64,000 nucleotides of DNA from Leptogorgia sarmentosa. Lineage: Eukaryota. The stretch covers positions 13,516,001 to 13,580,000 of the forward strand of contig OZ210885.1 of NCBI GenBank assembly GCA_964658305.1, in the 5' to 3' direction. Both the position numbers and the translations under genes were made by a program. The notes under the pieces were generated by a model, which saw only the letters and a program-made list of their open reading frames with translations, did no database searches and was not told the origin of the DNA. The stretch's first letter is position 1; every line of letters begins with the position of its first letter. Below, one piece after another: positions 12,849 through 24,231 of this stretch.

Positions 12849-13078
12849 TGTTAAGCTGTAAATGTTAGGTTATAATTATAGTTAGGGTGACAATTGACAA
12901 AGAAATGACAAGTCGGGATATCAGATATCATATGCATGCTTTTGTAGTCTGAAGTCAGATACCAAAAGGTGAAAAGTGTATAATCACTACATTGGATTGT
13001 AAAGTTCCTATTAATAAAGATTCTCGAGCACAACGCGATATATATTAATTACAAGGACCTGTAGCCGCGAGGCTAACA
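12849..13078 (+). repeat. 3' LTR
   Basis: Identical by eye to the 5' LTR; preceded by the polypurine tract. Confidence 0.95.
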
Positions 13079-13488
13079 GGTGCAGCATTTTCAGCCTCAG
13101 CAGTCGAACACCGTACCGAAGTGGATGCACTTGATCTTGTATATTTCCCACCGACTACCTGCTTATCACTAGAAGCGCGACGTTTTCTTGCTCGCTGGAC
13201 CTTAGTGGAATTAAATTTGCCATAACAACTGAGATGCCATTTCGCGCGCCTTCGAGAAAACGTTTCTTCTAAACCATCTCCCTCGTCTAGTCTTGACACA
13301 TCGTCAAAATCATTTGGCAGGCACCCAAGGTCGGAGAGTTCAGCAATGTTTTGAGCTAGGGTTTTGTAGCCAGCCCCAATATTGCTTTTAGCAATCGATT
13401 CCCCAGGACATCGAAGTGGCTCGTTTTTGTCGTTCTGACAAATAACACAACGACTCCAGTCAGTTGATCCACTTAGTACATGCTCCAT
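13079..13488 (-). pseudogene. Academ protein, N-terminal part
   Basis: MEHVLSGSTDWSRCVICQ...WHLSC; probable ATG at 13488; cut off by the Gypsy insertion. Confidence 0.75.
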
Positions 13489-14982
13489 GTAAACAACCAA
13501 CTTGCCATTACTAGCTGAAAATTAGATTTTATCTCGAAATCAGAATTTGTGAATAAAATATTCACAGTTATATATAGACCTTTCGTGAATCTCTTGATGG
13601 TTTCGATATGATCTCAAAATCTATCTAATTGCTACGCTACTGGCCGACTCACTTGCATGTTCGCTCACGCCTCGATACAAAGAAAAGCAACACTTAGATT
13701 AGAGTACTTTCAAACACAAAACACACATAAATGTTGTGAGATAACATCTTACAAAACGACTATGAGGCATTAATGTTGTTCTTTAGGATTGTTTTTCTGT
13801 CAAAAGACTATTGTTTTTCTGTCAAAAGACTATTGTTTTTCTGCTATTTTTGACTATTTTCAGTAGTCATTCTTGTCTTGAGGACACTATTTGTGGTGTA
13901 TTATGATCATTGTTTTCCATTATTCAGTTCATTTTGAGTTGTTATGGTTGTTCGAAAAATGCTTATCACGCATAATGACATAATAAAAACTGATTAAGAA
14001 ATAATAGTTGTTTTTGTTATCATGAAGTACATGTACAACAATATGAATTTGTTTGATTGGAAATTCTAGCTGCTGCCCAATAACTTTAAAATATCTATAT
14101 CTGTTAATATCTGGTCATTTTAATTTTTTTCCGTTAAATCATTCAATGAGTAATTCGCACTCGTAGAAACTAAGAAAGGTAGAATTCAAAACAAAACAAA
14201 AACAAATTGGAAGGCACAGATACTCATGAACTTTGCAAGTTTGCTTATTTCCAGGTAAATTGAAACTGATGAATGCACTAAAATATTAACATCTTACCTG
14301 ATAACAGCTGCAAAAATGTTCCCTTGTGCTTTTTCAGTGTTTCCAACGCAAAATCATAGCACTTCCGGTATAATAATGCCTACTTCCGGTTTATGTCGCC
14401 GCCATTTTAAAGAAACAAACAAATCAAGAGCCTGCAGCAAGATTGAGATGGCCCCACTTGAGATATGTATTGAACATGTAAAACTACGTTCATTGTGAAA
14501 ATCTGGAGCTTTTAACCTGACCGGGAACTATTCACCTAATATTTTGCACATATCCGCCTCACTATAGCTTTGGTTGTTTCGTTTCATGAACGTGACTCAT
14601 TTCAATACCTCAAAATCATTTGACGCTTCATTGAATCCCGGTTAAGAGGGATCATAAAAACAGGCCCTTCATGTGCAAGCTTGACTTTGCGTGCTGTACG
14701 TCATATGTAGGCTCTATGTTGATCACATTTAAAGTGTGCCACGCTGTAATCTTAGAAGTCACTGATGTAATGAATGGCCTGGGCGTTGTAGTGGGCGTTG
14801 TAGTGGGCGTTGTAGTTCATGACAACAATTCTATTTTTGCAGCATGTGCGCATGCTAATGTTTTTCTTCTAGTTTTCCAATGTTATTCACTGGAACTCTT
14901 CAGCTAATACTCGATGAATTACGCGATCACACCTTGTGCAATTGAGATTAGAAAATAAAATAATATCAATGAAATCATTTAC

Positions 14983-15232
14983 CTGATATAGCCACAAGGT
15001 TGCCAGAATTGTTAATCCTTAAAACTTTGCCAGTGGGGAAACTACTGATGCTTTGTATCTTGGCGTCGTTCAAGTTCCACTTTGTGACTGGCTCTTTAGC
15101 TGTACCATCATCATATTTGAACCGATGAACACAAAAAAGGGAGTTCTCGACCACGCGCATTGTTTTAATTCTCCCAATTATACGCACAGCTCCGTAACTA
15201 TGCACGACTCCGTTTGCATTTATCTGATCAAT
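14983..15232 (-). CDS. Duplicate WD40 exon (250 nt), paralog of 38547-38796
   Basis: AG/GT flanks, phase 0 to 1, open frame IDQINANGVVHSY...KVLRINNSGNLVAIS. Confidence 0.75.
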
Positions 15233-16434
15233 CTGTCAAAATAATCAAACCACTGCTCAATATAACGTCCTTCCATTAAAAATTTTCCCAAAAAAATGAT
15301 ATGAACGCCAATCCAGTTATAAATGCTTATTATTATGTATTTTAATTTCGAGAATTCCTTTCGAATTTTTTATTCTAATAATCTTGCTTAGTTTCGTCAA
15401 ACAGCTCGACAAGTAACAAAATGAACAAAAAATCAGCCGTCAGAATCGAAGTTCTTGAATTTATAATATGTATTTAAAATGAATGAAGGCAAGAGGTAAA
15501 TCGTGGAGGGGGATGACACAAACATTGAGAGGGAGGGGGATGACACAAGCATTGAAAGGGAGGGGATGACACAAGTCACCAACTGTTTCGCCTGAAAGGA
15601 TGAATATTGTGTCGTCCCCTAACGTTTTAACAGACAATTCACCGAGGATTTATATTTATCAAGTATAGTGTCCTTTATGTGCAGGAAACATTGTGTGTAA
15701 ATCTGATTCAACTGTTGCGTTTAGCAATTACTGTGCATTTATATTTCAGCAGTCACGTTCATTAAATTACAGTTAAATTACTGCAATACATGTGGAAAAT
15801 GATTAAACGGGCGATATTAACATGAAAGTTAATTCTATTCAAATTGCTGTTTTTGCGTTACGCCCATGGTTAAAAAATCTTTATTACGCTGTTAATTTGC
15901 TTCACATGCAGTGAAGTTTACAATTGAAGAATTAAACAGATTTATTTAATTGATGTAATTCGCCTGATAATCAATGTCACATGATCAAATACATGTGGGC
16001 ATGTGGACTCTGACAATACTAAATCATTATTAAATGATTTGAGGCATTTTAGATTGTCTAGGTACGTTCGTATCCATACAAATAACTGCAAACAATGATG
16101 AACAATAGTATAACGCTACAATTGCATGGATAATAGTTGTTTCAACATCGAAAGGATAAAAAGAATTTGGGACGCGCCCCCCGAAGTTTACACTATGAAT
16201 GAATGTCTGAATTACTTGTTTACTCGATGACTGATGTGAATTTTGCCTCTCATCACACAAAAATGGAACGTTTGGAAATCTAGGTTAAGGTTTATTAGTA
16301 GTAGTTTATTTTTTTTGCCAATTAATTGATATGTCCAATTTACAATGTAAAGGAAGAAAGAAAGGAAATTATGGCGAGCAGACATAAACTATTTATTTTT
16401 CGCTTCTGCCTCGAGAAGGATGAGCTTTTGTCTA

Positions 16435-18039
16435 CACTATGTTCCAAATTATTATGCAAATCAATTTAATTTAAATATTTCGTGAACTACTCATTGTGAA
16501 CATGTGAAGCCTTCACAGGCTGTTAAGTGCGTATCGTTCAACATTATACAATGATTTTATATGGATATTTTCATTAATAATGCCACCAGGGCCTCTTATG
16601 CAAAAAAGGTGCTTCCTGTCCTGTACCAAATTATTATGCAACACATAAATGGTGAGTTGAACTCCCACAAAGAAGTAATATTAAGGAGAAATTTTAACAA
16701 ATCAATAACCACACATTAAGTGGCTTGTACATTATTGTGTATGTGAAGTGTGAATTAATGGAACATATAAGATTTTTCATAATTACTTATTTACATAACA
16801 TCCCTTATTTGACAGAATTTCTACAAGTCGACCATCAACAGATTTTGTGAGTTTTTGTATTTCGTTCGCCGTAATGCTCTAAGATGCTTCACAAATACCA
16901 CACCATAATTCATCTTTCGAGGCATACTGTCGACCACCAATGTAAATTTGACGTTTCAAAATACTGCAGTAGTTCTCAATAGGATTAAGATCTGGTGATG
17001 CAGGTGGCCATATCATGAACTTGTTCTCTTTGAAACCATGTTTTGACAGGAAATCGATGGTATAACGCGCAGCATGGGATAGTGCGTTGTCCTGCATGAA
17101 TATGATCTTCTTTTTGAATGCTGGAGGGCGTTGTCTTCGATACCAAGGGAGTAAGTTTTCTTTCAAAAACTGTGTATATATATGATTGGGCATTCATTTT
17201 TAGCCCGTCTGGTACCCTGAATGGCCCAACAACCTCCTTGCCAATCAATGCAGCCCAAAACATAACACCGCCGCCTCCTTGCTGCCGTCTTGCCCTTGTT
17301 GGTTTTGTGGTGCCATTAACAAGCCAGCCCCTGCACCATCCATCAGGCCCATCTAATGTCGCTCTACATTCATCGGTGAAGAGAACGGTCTGGAAATCTA
17401 CCTTCATATACTGCCTGGCCCATTCAACTCGTTTGGCCTTGTGTCGGGAATGCAAGGGTGGACGAATATTCGGCTTTACATTTTTTGCAACTGTTTGAAG
17501 AATGCGACAGCGGGAGGTTCGGGGCACTTCACCAACACCAGCTTGCTCAAATAGTTGTTTACTTGTTAAGAGAAGATGTTTAACAGCCTCTCGCTTTATG
17601 GCAGATACTTGACGTCTGGACAGCTTTCGTCTTACCCCTTTGTCACTTCTTTTTCTCGTATGGTTTACATTGGTCACAAATCGTTTTATAGTTCTGTGAT
17701 CACGAGATAGTTCCTTTGCAATTTCAAGGGTTTTTCTACCCTTGGCAAGTCCGCAAACTATTTTCTTCTTCTCATTGTCAGTGAGGTCTGTCTGCTTGCC
17801 CATCCTTATAGATTATAAGCATGAATGGTGAAGTTGCATAATAATTTGGTACAGGACAGGAAGCACCTTTTTGCATAAAAGGTCCCAGTGGCATTATTAA
17901 TGAAAATATCCACATAAAATCATTGTATAATATTGAACAATGTGCACTTAACAGCCTGTGAGGGTTTCACATGTGCACAATACGTAGTTCACGAAATATT
18001 TAAATTAAATTGATTTGCATAATAATTTGGAACATAGTG
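16435..18039 (-). mobile_element. Tc1/mariner element, DD37E (TRT-like), with IR-DR type TIRs
   Basis: ~205-bp TIRs beginning cactatgttccaaattattatgcaa with an inner repeat of ccaaattattatgcaa; TA TSD at 16433-16434 and 18040-18041. Confidence 0.92.
16783..17803 (-). pseudogene. DD37E transposase pseudogene
   Basis: FTDECRATLDGPDGW, RRQQGGGGVMFW, QDNA...SPDLNPIE with 37 residues between D and E. Frameshift in an (AT)n run at ~17175 and a premature TAG at 16879-16881. Confidence 0.88.
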
Positions 18040-19215
18040 TAGTTTGTTCAGTTGAATGCAATGACAAGCACACGAGTTCAAAGAAAAGAACACAAGTCTT
18101 GGACAAGAGCTCTTCACAGGGAGTTGCTTCCCTTCTACAATAATTTAGAACGAAAGTCCTTTTGCTCGAAACGCTGAGTTCTCTTTTTTTCAGGTATCGT
18201 CCTGACCATTTGACGAGTTCTAATTGATTGTGACCACACGTCAGATCTAATCTACTAGATGCGATCTTGGTAACAATGATGTGGACACACCATGTAATAT
18301 TATTCATATTTTCATCGTGCACGGAGCAATGCGACACATCAGCTAAACATGGGCAGAAATGTGCGACATTGGAGTCCACGCGCTCAGTTCATTTCACATT
18401 GACTGCAATTCAGCGGCACTAATACCCAGTAGAAAACAACCTTTGCGAGTAGAATTTACCTCGCCAATTTACGACAGCTTTAGGACTTGGCAAATTATTT
18501 ACTGTTCTCAAAATGTATTTTATACAAAAAACAAATGATGGTGGGAAAAAAGAAGTTGTGGTGCTTTGGCATCTCGAAATTTGTCTGGTGTATGCCCTGA
18601 CATAGAGGCTTTTTTCGGTAGAAAATATTCCTGAAATAGAGCATTTTTTCCGCACAAAATGTTATTTATCACGACCATTATTAACTAACGTAAAATACAT
18701 TGCAAGCTGTTAGACTTTTGTTCAAGGACGAGATTTAATTTAATTGAATTGTTTTAACCTGATCGCTCGATTTCTAGCCCATGTTATTCGCAAATATATA
18801 TTTTAATAAGAACTGCCTTCGCATAGTTTAATTTTAAAGGTTTCACCGTCTTATACAAAATAGTATGGAATTTCTACATATTGCATTTTAAAATTATAGC
18901 TTATAGGGTTATTGCGTCATCGCGGCTCGCACATTTCTGGTAATGAAACCAAAATCCAGCAAGAAAAAAAATATTAATTTGGTTGATTTCTTCCAGACAT
19001 GGTGTGAACAATGGGGATTTATTCCGAATTTGCCTCCCAATTTTCAAAATGAAGATTGGGGCGAAGTTAATTTGCAATAATTCTAGAAACGCTTCATAAT
19101 GTGTATGTGCATGTGCTGTTTTACGTCATGAAATTTGAATTACAGCTCAATCTACAACAAGTAACACGCCCAAAAATAACATTTGAAAATCTCGTTTGGA
19201 AAATGATATACATAC

Positions 19216-19817
19216 CTTTTTGCCAGAAGCAACTATGATATCATCGGAGCAGGGCACGAATTCTAACGCGGTAATGGGATCCGAACAAATGTTGTCATGT
19301 GACCATATTAACGTCGGCAAGTTTTCTTCAACATTCCAAAGCTTCACAGAGCCACCGATAGACCCCGATGCAAAGCGACGTGAACGATCATGACCTCCTA
19401 CCTCGCCTTTAACTTGAGAAATGGCATCCTCGTGTGCTGGAAATTTCAACTGCGAGTTATTGTTAAGATGAAACCATAACAGTTCTCCGTCATCACAACC
19501 AAGCAATGCATAATTTGAACCAAGAGCAGTAATGCAGGTGACTTTAACATCTGGTTGACCCAAATTAATGCTGGCCTCGATATCATTAAGAGTTCTTAGT
19601 TCGATCCTGTTTGCCTCGTCAACAAAAACAAAACGGACATCATCACTTAATACGCAGACAAAACGTATGGCGACTCCAGATTCGGTCTTTGCGAATTGAA
19701 CTATTTTAGAACACTCCACGTCGACCAGCGATAATGTTCCCGAACTGCTTCCAGACAAAACAAATTTCCCATTTGATGTGATGTCAATTGCTGTAACTAT
19801 CGAGTCGTCAGGGTGAC
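19216..19817 (-). CDS. Duplicate WD40 exon (602 nt), paralog of 42199-42800
   Basis: AG/GT flanks, phase 1 to 0, open frame with AHEDAISQV...SGSIGGSVKLWN; ~11 aa differences in 200 versus the paralog. Confidence 0.8.
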
Positions 19818-20306
19818 CTGCATGAAGGAAGGAAAATTTTTATTTGAAGTATTCAAGTATGCGACGCTTCAGCGGTGTAGCTTGCCAATCATTGAAAAAT
19901 ACCTTCAGACGACAAGTAATCTTTACAGGTGCAGCAATAGAAATTTCAAATCCAGGTAGGAAAATGCATCGCTGATATCGAAAACGCAAAAATAAGTCAT
20001 TCACTGTTGTGAATAAAAGACTAAACACGTTCTACGATAGGGTGGAATATTCTATTTAGCTCAAAACTTGGCACTTTCATCTGTATTTAACACGAACTTG
20101 CAAGAAAATCGAAACTATTTTTCTCTTGTGGAGAAATTTGTTTTTATTTAGTCAAAAAAGGAAGAAGATTTTCCGTTATGGATAAATCTCTGCAGATTGG
20201 TATAAAAAAGAAATCAAAATTTATTCTAATGCCAAAACTGTTCAATAGAAACAATATCAGCACACAGGTAACATTGATAAAATAGGTACTGAAACTTCAA
20301 AAAAAG

Positions 20307-20530
20307 GTCCTGGATTTATCCAAGACAAAATGAAAATGTCCTGGATTTATCCAAACATAAAATGAAAATGTCCTGGATTTATCCAAGACAAAATGAAAAT
20401 GTCCATGCTGGATTTATCCAAGACAAAATGGAAATGTCCTAGATATATCCAAGACAAAATGAAAATGTCCATGCTGGATTTATCCAAGACAAAATGGAAA
20501 TGTCCTAGATTTATCCAAGACAAAATGATT
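20307..20530. repeat. Tandem array, ~31-34-bp unit
   Basis: (gtcctggatttatccaagacaaaatgaaaat)n, about 7 copies. Confidence 0.9.
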
Positions 20531-22489
20531 ATAAATGACATAAAATGGGAATGTTATAAAAACACGGGTTAAATTCTTTGTGCGCCACAACTCCGCACAG
20601 TACGTCCGTTGCATAATTTGAAATCTATGTTACGTTCAGAGGTATATGTTGAATATCGTCCATGCCGTGTAAAACCGTAGGTCATTGATGTGTTCGCAAA
20701 TGATAATAACAGCTGTTTATAGGAAACAGGGATGCCCCAATGCGACACAGCTTGTGTATATATGCCCTTTTATACCTGAAAGTTCCAAGGAGATTAGCCG
20801 AATTAAGGTATATATATTTCAGTTACCGACGATATTACATATATCATCGTATTATCTTTCTACATCACTGTATGGTTCTCCTCGTCCCGTGCATGCACTT
20901 TCATGCATATAAGGAGAATATAGCGAATACTCCTGACTATATATTCGTATCAATCGTATGTCTCTAAAATCGATTCTCGCGTGAATGGAGAGCATGCGAT
21001 TGTGTGCAAAATGCATGCATATTCTGAAAATCGATACATGCAGTTACATATACATAATCCGCGGCGGAATATATGCGTATTCGATAGTAACACCAACTTC
21101 TACTCCGTACGTAAACGATTTACCGGAAAATCCGAATTTGTTTGTATTATTTCGAGAACAAATAGAGCTTTGCTGCTTAGCTAATTGTTGATGTTATGAT
21201 CGATCCGTTATCTACACTGGCCACATTCTAGATTAATTTATCATTATAGTATAGCCTAATATCATAAATACGCAACAAATATATTTATACAAAGGAATAA
21301 GTTTCCACAAACTGTATTTCGTGTGTAAGGAAAGTTCACCCTTCGCTAATCAACCTGATCAGGTATAACTCGGTATACAAGCAATGCCGCATTGGGCCTT
21401 TCATGTCTTGTAGCTATAACTGTTCGTATTAGCTATTATATTCGCGATAATTCCTTGTTTGGTGAACAACCGATATGAATCCTGTTTGAAGCGTGAATAC
21501 ATTTCAATAACTTACCGTTTTAGACCGTACCTCTGAACTAACAGACTTCAAATTATTTAACTGAAAAACTGTGGATTTTGACACAAAGAAGACAGATGAG
21601 CGTGCATGTGAACTTGATATCCAAAGATTGCTTGTGGGCCCAATGTGATTACCCAATAGGAACACTGCTTATAATAACATCTGGTTGAACATTGGCTGAT
21701 GTGTCCGTTATTGTCAAATCAAACTTTTGGCGCCTGCAGCGAGGACTTTGAACTTAGGTACCGTTTGGTAAGATTGTCTTACAAGCAAAAAGACTGGTCT
21801 CACATTATATAACACTGGCCACAGTTAGTGAACGAAGCTTCGTTCACTAATTGGCATAAATATGTATACCGATCATTGAGAACTTTGCATGGACAACCAG
21901 GATGTCACACTAAATTTCTAAATCAATGGCGACTCTTGGCAGACAAAGCAATTAAGAAGACAGACATTCAGAAGCCGAATCATGTTTCATCTGTTGTTAA
22001 ATAGCCGCTTGTGGATCGGTCTACCCTTTCATAGTTATCCGCGATGTCGATTGATGATCTCTTTACGAGTTATACCACAGGTTCAGGTAAGGACGTTGGG
22101 ACATGCTATTTATATACGACGCACTATGTGATAATGTTTGTGCCATCTTTTGAACTGACTATGATAGATAAATGACATGGGCACTTTTTATCTTATAAGC
22201 ACAATAGAATTGATCTTATTTTGTGAGTATTGTACCATGTTATAGTTTGATAGAATCAATTATACTGAAAAGCGCATTCAACTCAGGTCGTTTTAAGTAT
22301 ACTCAATTTGACTGAGATTTATATAGGTGTAAAATATTTTCTGACATTAGCACAATTTAGTTGTTTATGACAGGAACTTCTGATTAAGAACGGATATTGC
22401 TTGGAGACAATATATATATACATATATCTGTTTCTGTTGGTCCTTGGTCTCACTGTTTTCACCGCCCGTAATTGCGACTATAATTGTCC

Positions 22490-22973
22490 CACCCGTTAAA
22501 CAAAGACCTCAACGGGTAGTACCCGATATTTCTCAATTGAGAACATGGGTAATGCCCACGCTGGACTATCGTCTAAGTAGCCTGGCCTGGTAAATTATGA
22601 ACAGTGATTGCCCGGGTCTATAATCATATGCATTTATCCAGGCCAGAGTGGTGAGCAGCGAGCTCGATTTAGCTCAAGTGGTAAGGCGCGCGGTGCGTGC
22701 GTTACAGTTCTATCGTTCAAGCCCCAGTTCGACACATTTTTTCAGCGTTAGTGATGAAAACTTTTTTTTCTCAATATTTTTCTGACCACAATGGTCAGGG
22801 TTAGGATTCTAGGGTTTGGGTTGGGATTAAGGAAATTCTTAGTATATAGAAAAATGGTTTATACCTAACACTATATAACTATATCAAGAGTAATACTGAA
22901 ACGCCGACCATTACCCGTGTTCTCAACTGAGAAATATTGGGTACTACCCGTTGAGGTCTTTGTTCAACGGCTG
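22490..22973. mobile_element. MITE with ~65-bp TIRs and 7-bp TSD
   Basis: cacccgttaaacaaagacctcaacgggtagtaccc... / ...gggtactacccgttgaggtctttgttcaacggctg; attgtcc at 22483-22489 and 22974-22980. Confidence 0.75.
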
Positions 22974-23440
22974 ATTGTCCACGCGCGCAATGACATATTT
23001 TAATTCATATCATATTTAATAGTATTTTAAAGATTAAATTTCAAATAAATCTATTTATACTGTATCTTTATCTATTTCAGATAAATGTCAACTACAGAAC
23101 GTAGTGCTGCAATTTGTTATTGGCACTGAATGGTCTATCAAACACTCCCATACAACGAACATAATTATATGTGTATCTCTGCGGGAAAAGACATCTGCAT
23201 TAACGAAAAAGATATACTGGGACTGTAAGAAGGGGTTACACCATGCAATTCATGACTAATCGATGTCTGTAGACTGTAGTGGCGCTGTCGCATGCGCCGC
23301 ATAATCATAGTCGTGTCGTTTTGGAGAATAAGGCCCGGCTTCTTAAGCACATGCATGGTGAACTGCGTGTAATTTTATATTTATACTTATAATTGTCGTT
23401 AAAAGTGGATAATTTAATTATATTTAATATTTAAGTCTGC

Positions 23441-23772
23441 AGGATAAATCCAGAGCATTTTCATTTTGTCTTGGATCAATCCATGACATTTCCATTTTAT
23501 GTCTTGGATAAATCCAGGACATTTTCATTTTGTCTTGGATAAATCCAGGACATTTTCATTTTATGTCTTGGATAGATCCAGGACATTTTCATTTTGTCTT
23601 GGATATATCCAGGACATTTTGATCTTGTCTTGGATAAATCCAGGTCATTTTTATTTTATGTCTTGGATAAATCCAGGACATTTTCATTTTGTCTTGGATA
23701 TATCCAGGACATTTTGATTTTGTCTTGGATAAATCCAGGACATTTTAATTTTGTCTTGGATAAATCCAGGAT
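23441..23772. repeat. Tandem array, reverse complement of 20307-20530
   Basis: (attttcattttgtcttggataaatccaggac)n, about 10 copies. Confidence 0.9.
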
Positions 23773-24231
23773 ATTCCCGCTGATATTTCTCTTAAGAAAT
23801 TATTTTTAAGCGTGCCGTGTGCTAATAAATTTTAAAGCTATTTTTGCTTGTTATTTCTTCGTATTTTTCTCTTATTGCATCAGAAAGCAGATTTTTCCGA
23901 ATTTCGAAAGGAATTTTCAAGTGGTTGCTAACTTTGCTCTTAATGTATCAAAAAAATCCGTCTTTTAAGTGACAACGGCCTTTGATTTTTGAATGATGAT
24001 TTTCTTGCCATAAATATATGAAATTCGCAACATCAAATATTGGCTATATACATCATTTTTGTTCTAATATCGTCTGATTTCTCAAAAAATTATCCTTGCA
24101 TTGCTCAAACTTCAAATTCTAGCTTAAATTCTCCACAGAAATGTCGAATTTTTTGCGAGACAGTGCCTTTTCGTTCGATATTATCCAAAAATAGGTTAAA
24201 TAGAATATTCCACCCTATCGTAGACCGTGTT

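Larger units (their letters stand above)
5758..13078 (+). mobile_element. Full-length Ty3/Gypsy LTR retrotransposon (7.3 kb), apparently intact
   Basis: Two 230-bp TG...CA LTRs, 4-bp TSD GGTG (5754-5757, 13079-13082), PBS, PPT, gag, and pol in PR-RT-RH-IN order. Confidence 0.97.
979..14564 (-). mobile_element. Academ-superfamily DNA transposon (AcademX type, XPG/FEN1-like nuclease), interrupted by a Gypsy element
   Basis: Perfect 20-bp TIR tagtgaggcggatatgtgca (979-998) / tgcacatatccgcctcacta (14545-14564), with further imperfect extension. 3-bp TSD TAG (976-978, 14565-14567). Subterminal repeats. ~1500-aa protein with an XPG-like region and a Cys-rich C-terminus, matching the described Academ architecture. 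Confidence 0.85.
763..14668. mobile_element. ~320-bp MITE (possibly PIF/Harbinger-like) split by the Academ insertion; arms 763-978 and 14565-14668
   Basis: ~75-bp imperfect TIRs: agggcagtttatatgatccc...gaggtattgaaatgagtca versus tgactcatttcaatacctc...gggatcataaaaacaggccct. The paralogous site at ~37030-37050 lacks the element. Confidence 0.75.
20026..24229. mobile_element. Non-autonomous CAC...GTG DNA element (Chapaev/CMC-like), 4.2 kb
   Basis: TIR cacgttctacgatagggtggaatattctattta / taaatagaatattccaccctatcgtagaccgtg. Inverted subterminal tandem arrays, no transposase ORF, and no clean TSD. Confidence 0.65.

Noticed and set aside
979..14564. CACTA/EnSpm classification because the right end reads cacta
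   Set aside because: The element starts TAGTG and ends CACTA, the reverse of CACTA elements, and the protein fits Academ.
14781..14816. (gggcgttgtagt)x3
   Set aside because: Short simple tandem repeat with no sign of function.
20307..23772. 31-bp arrays as a CRISPR array
   Set aside because: No unique spacers, no cas genes, eukaryotic context; they are head-to-tail tandem repeats.
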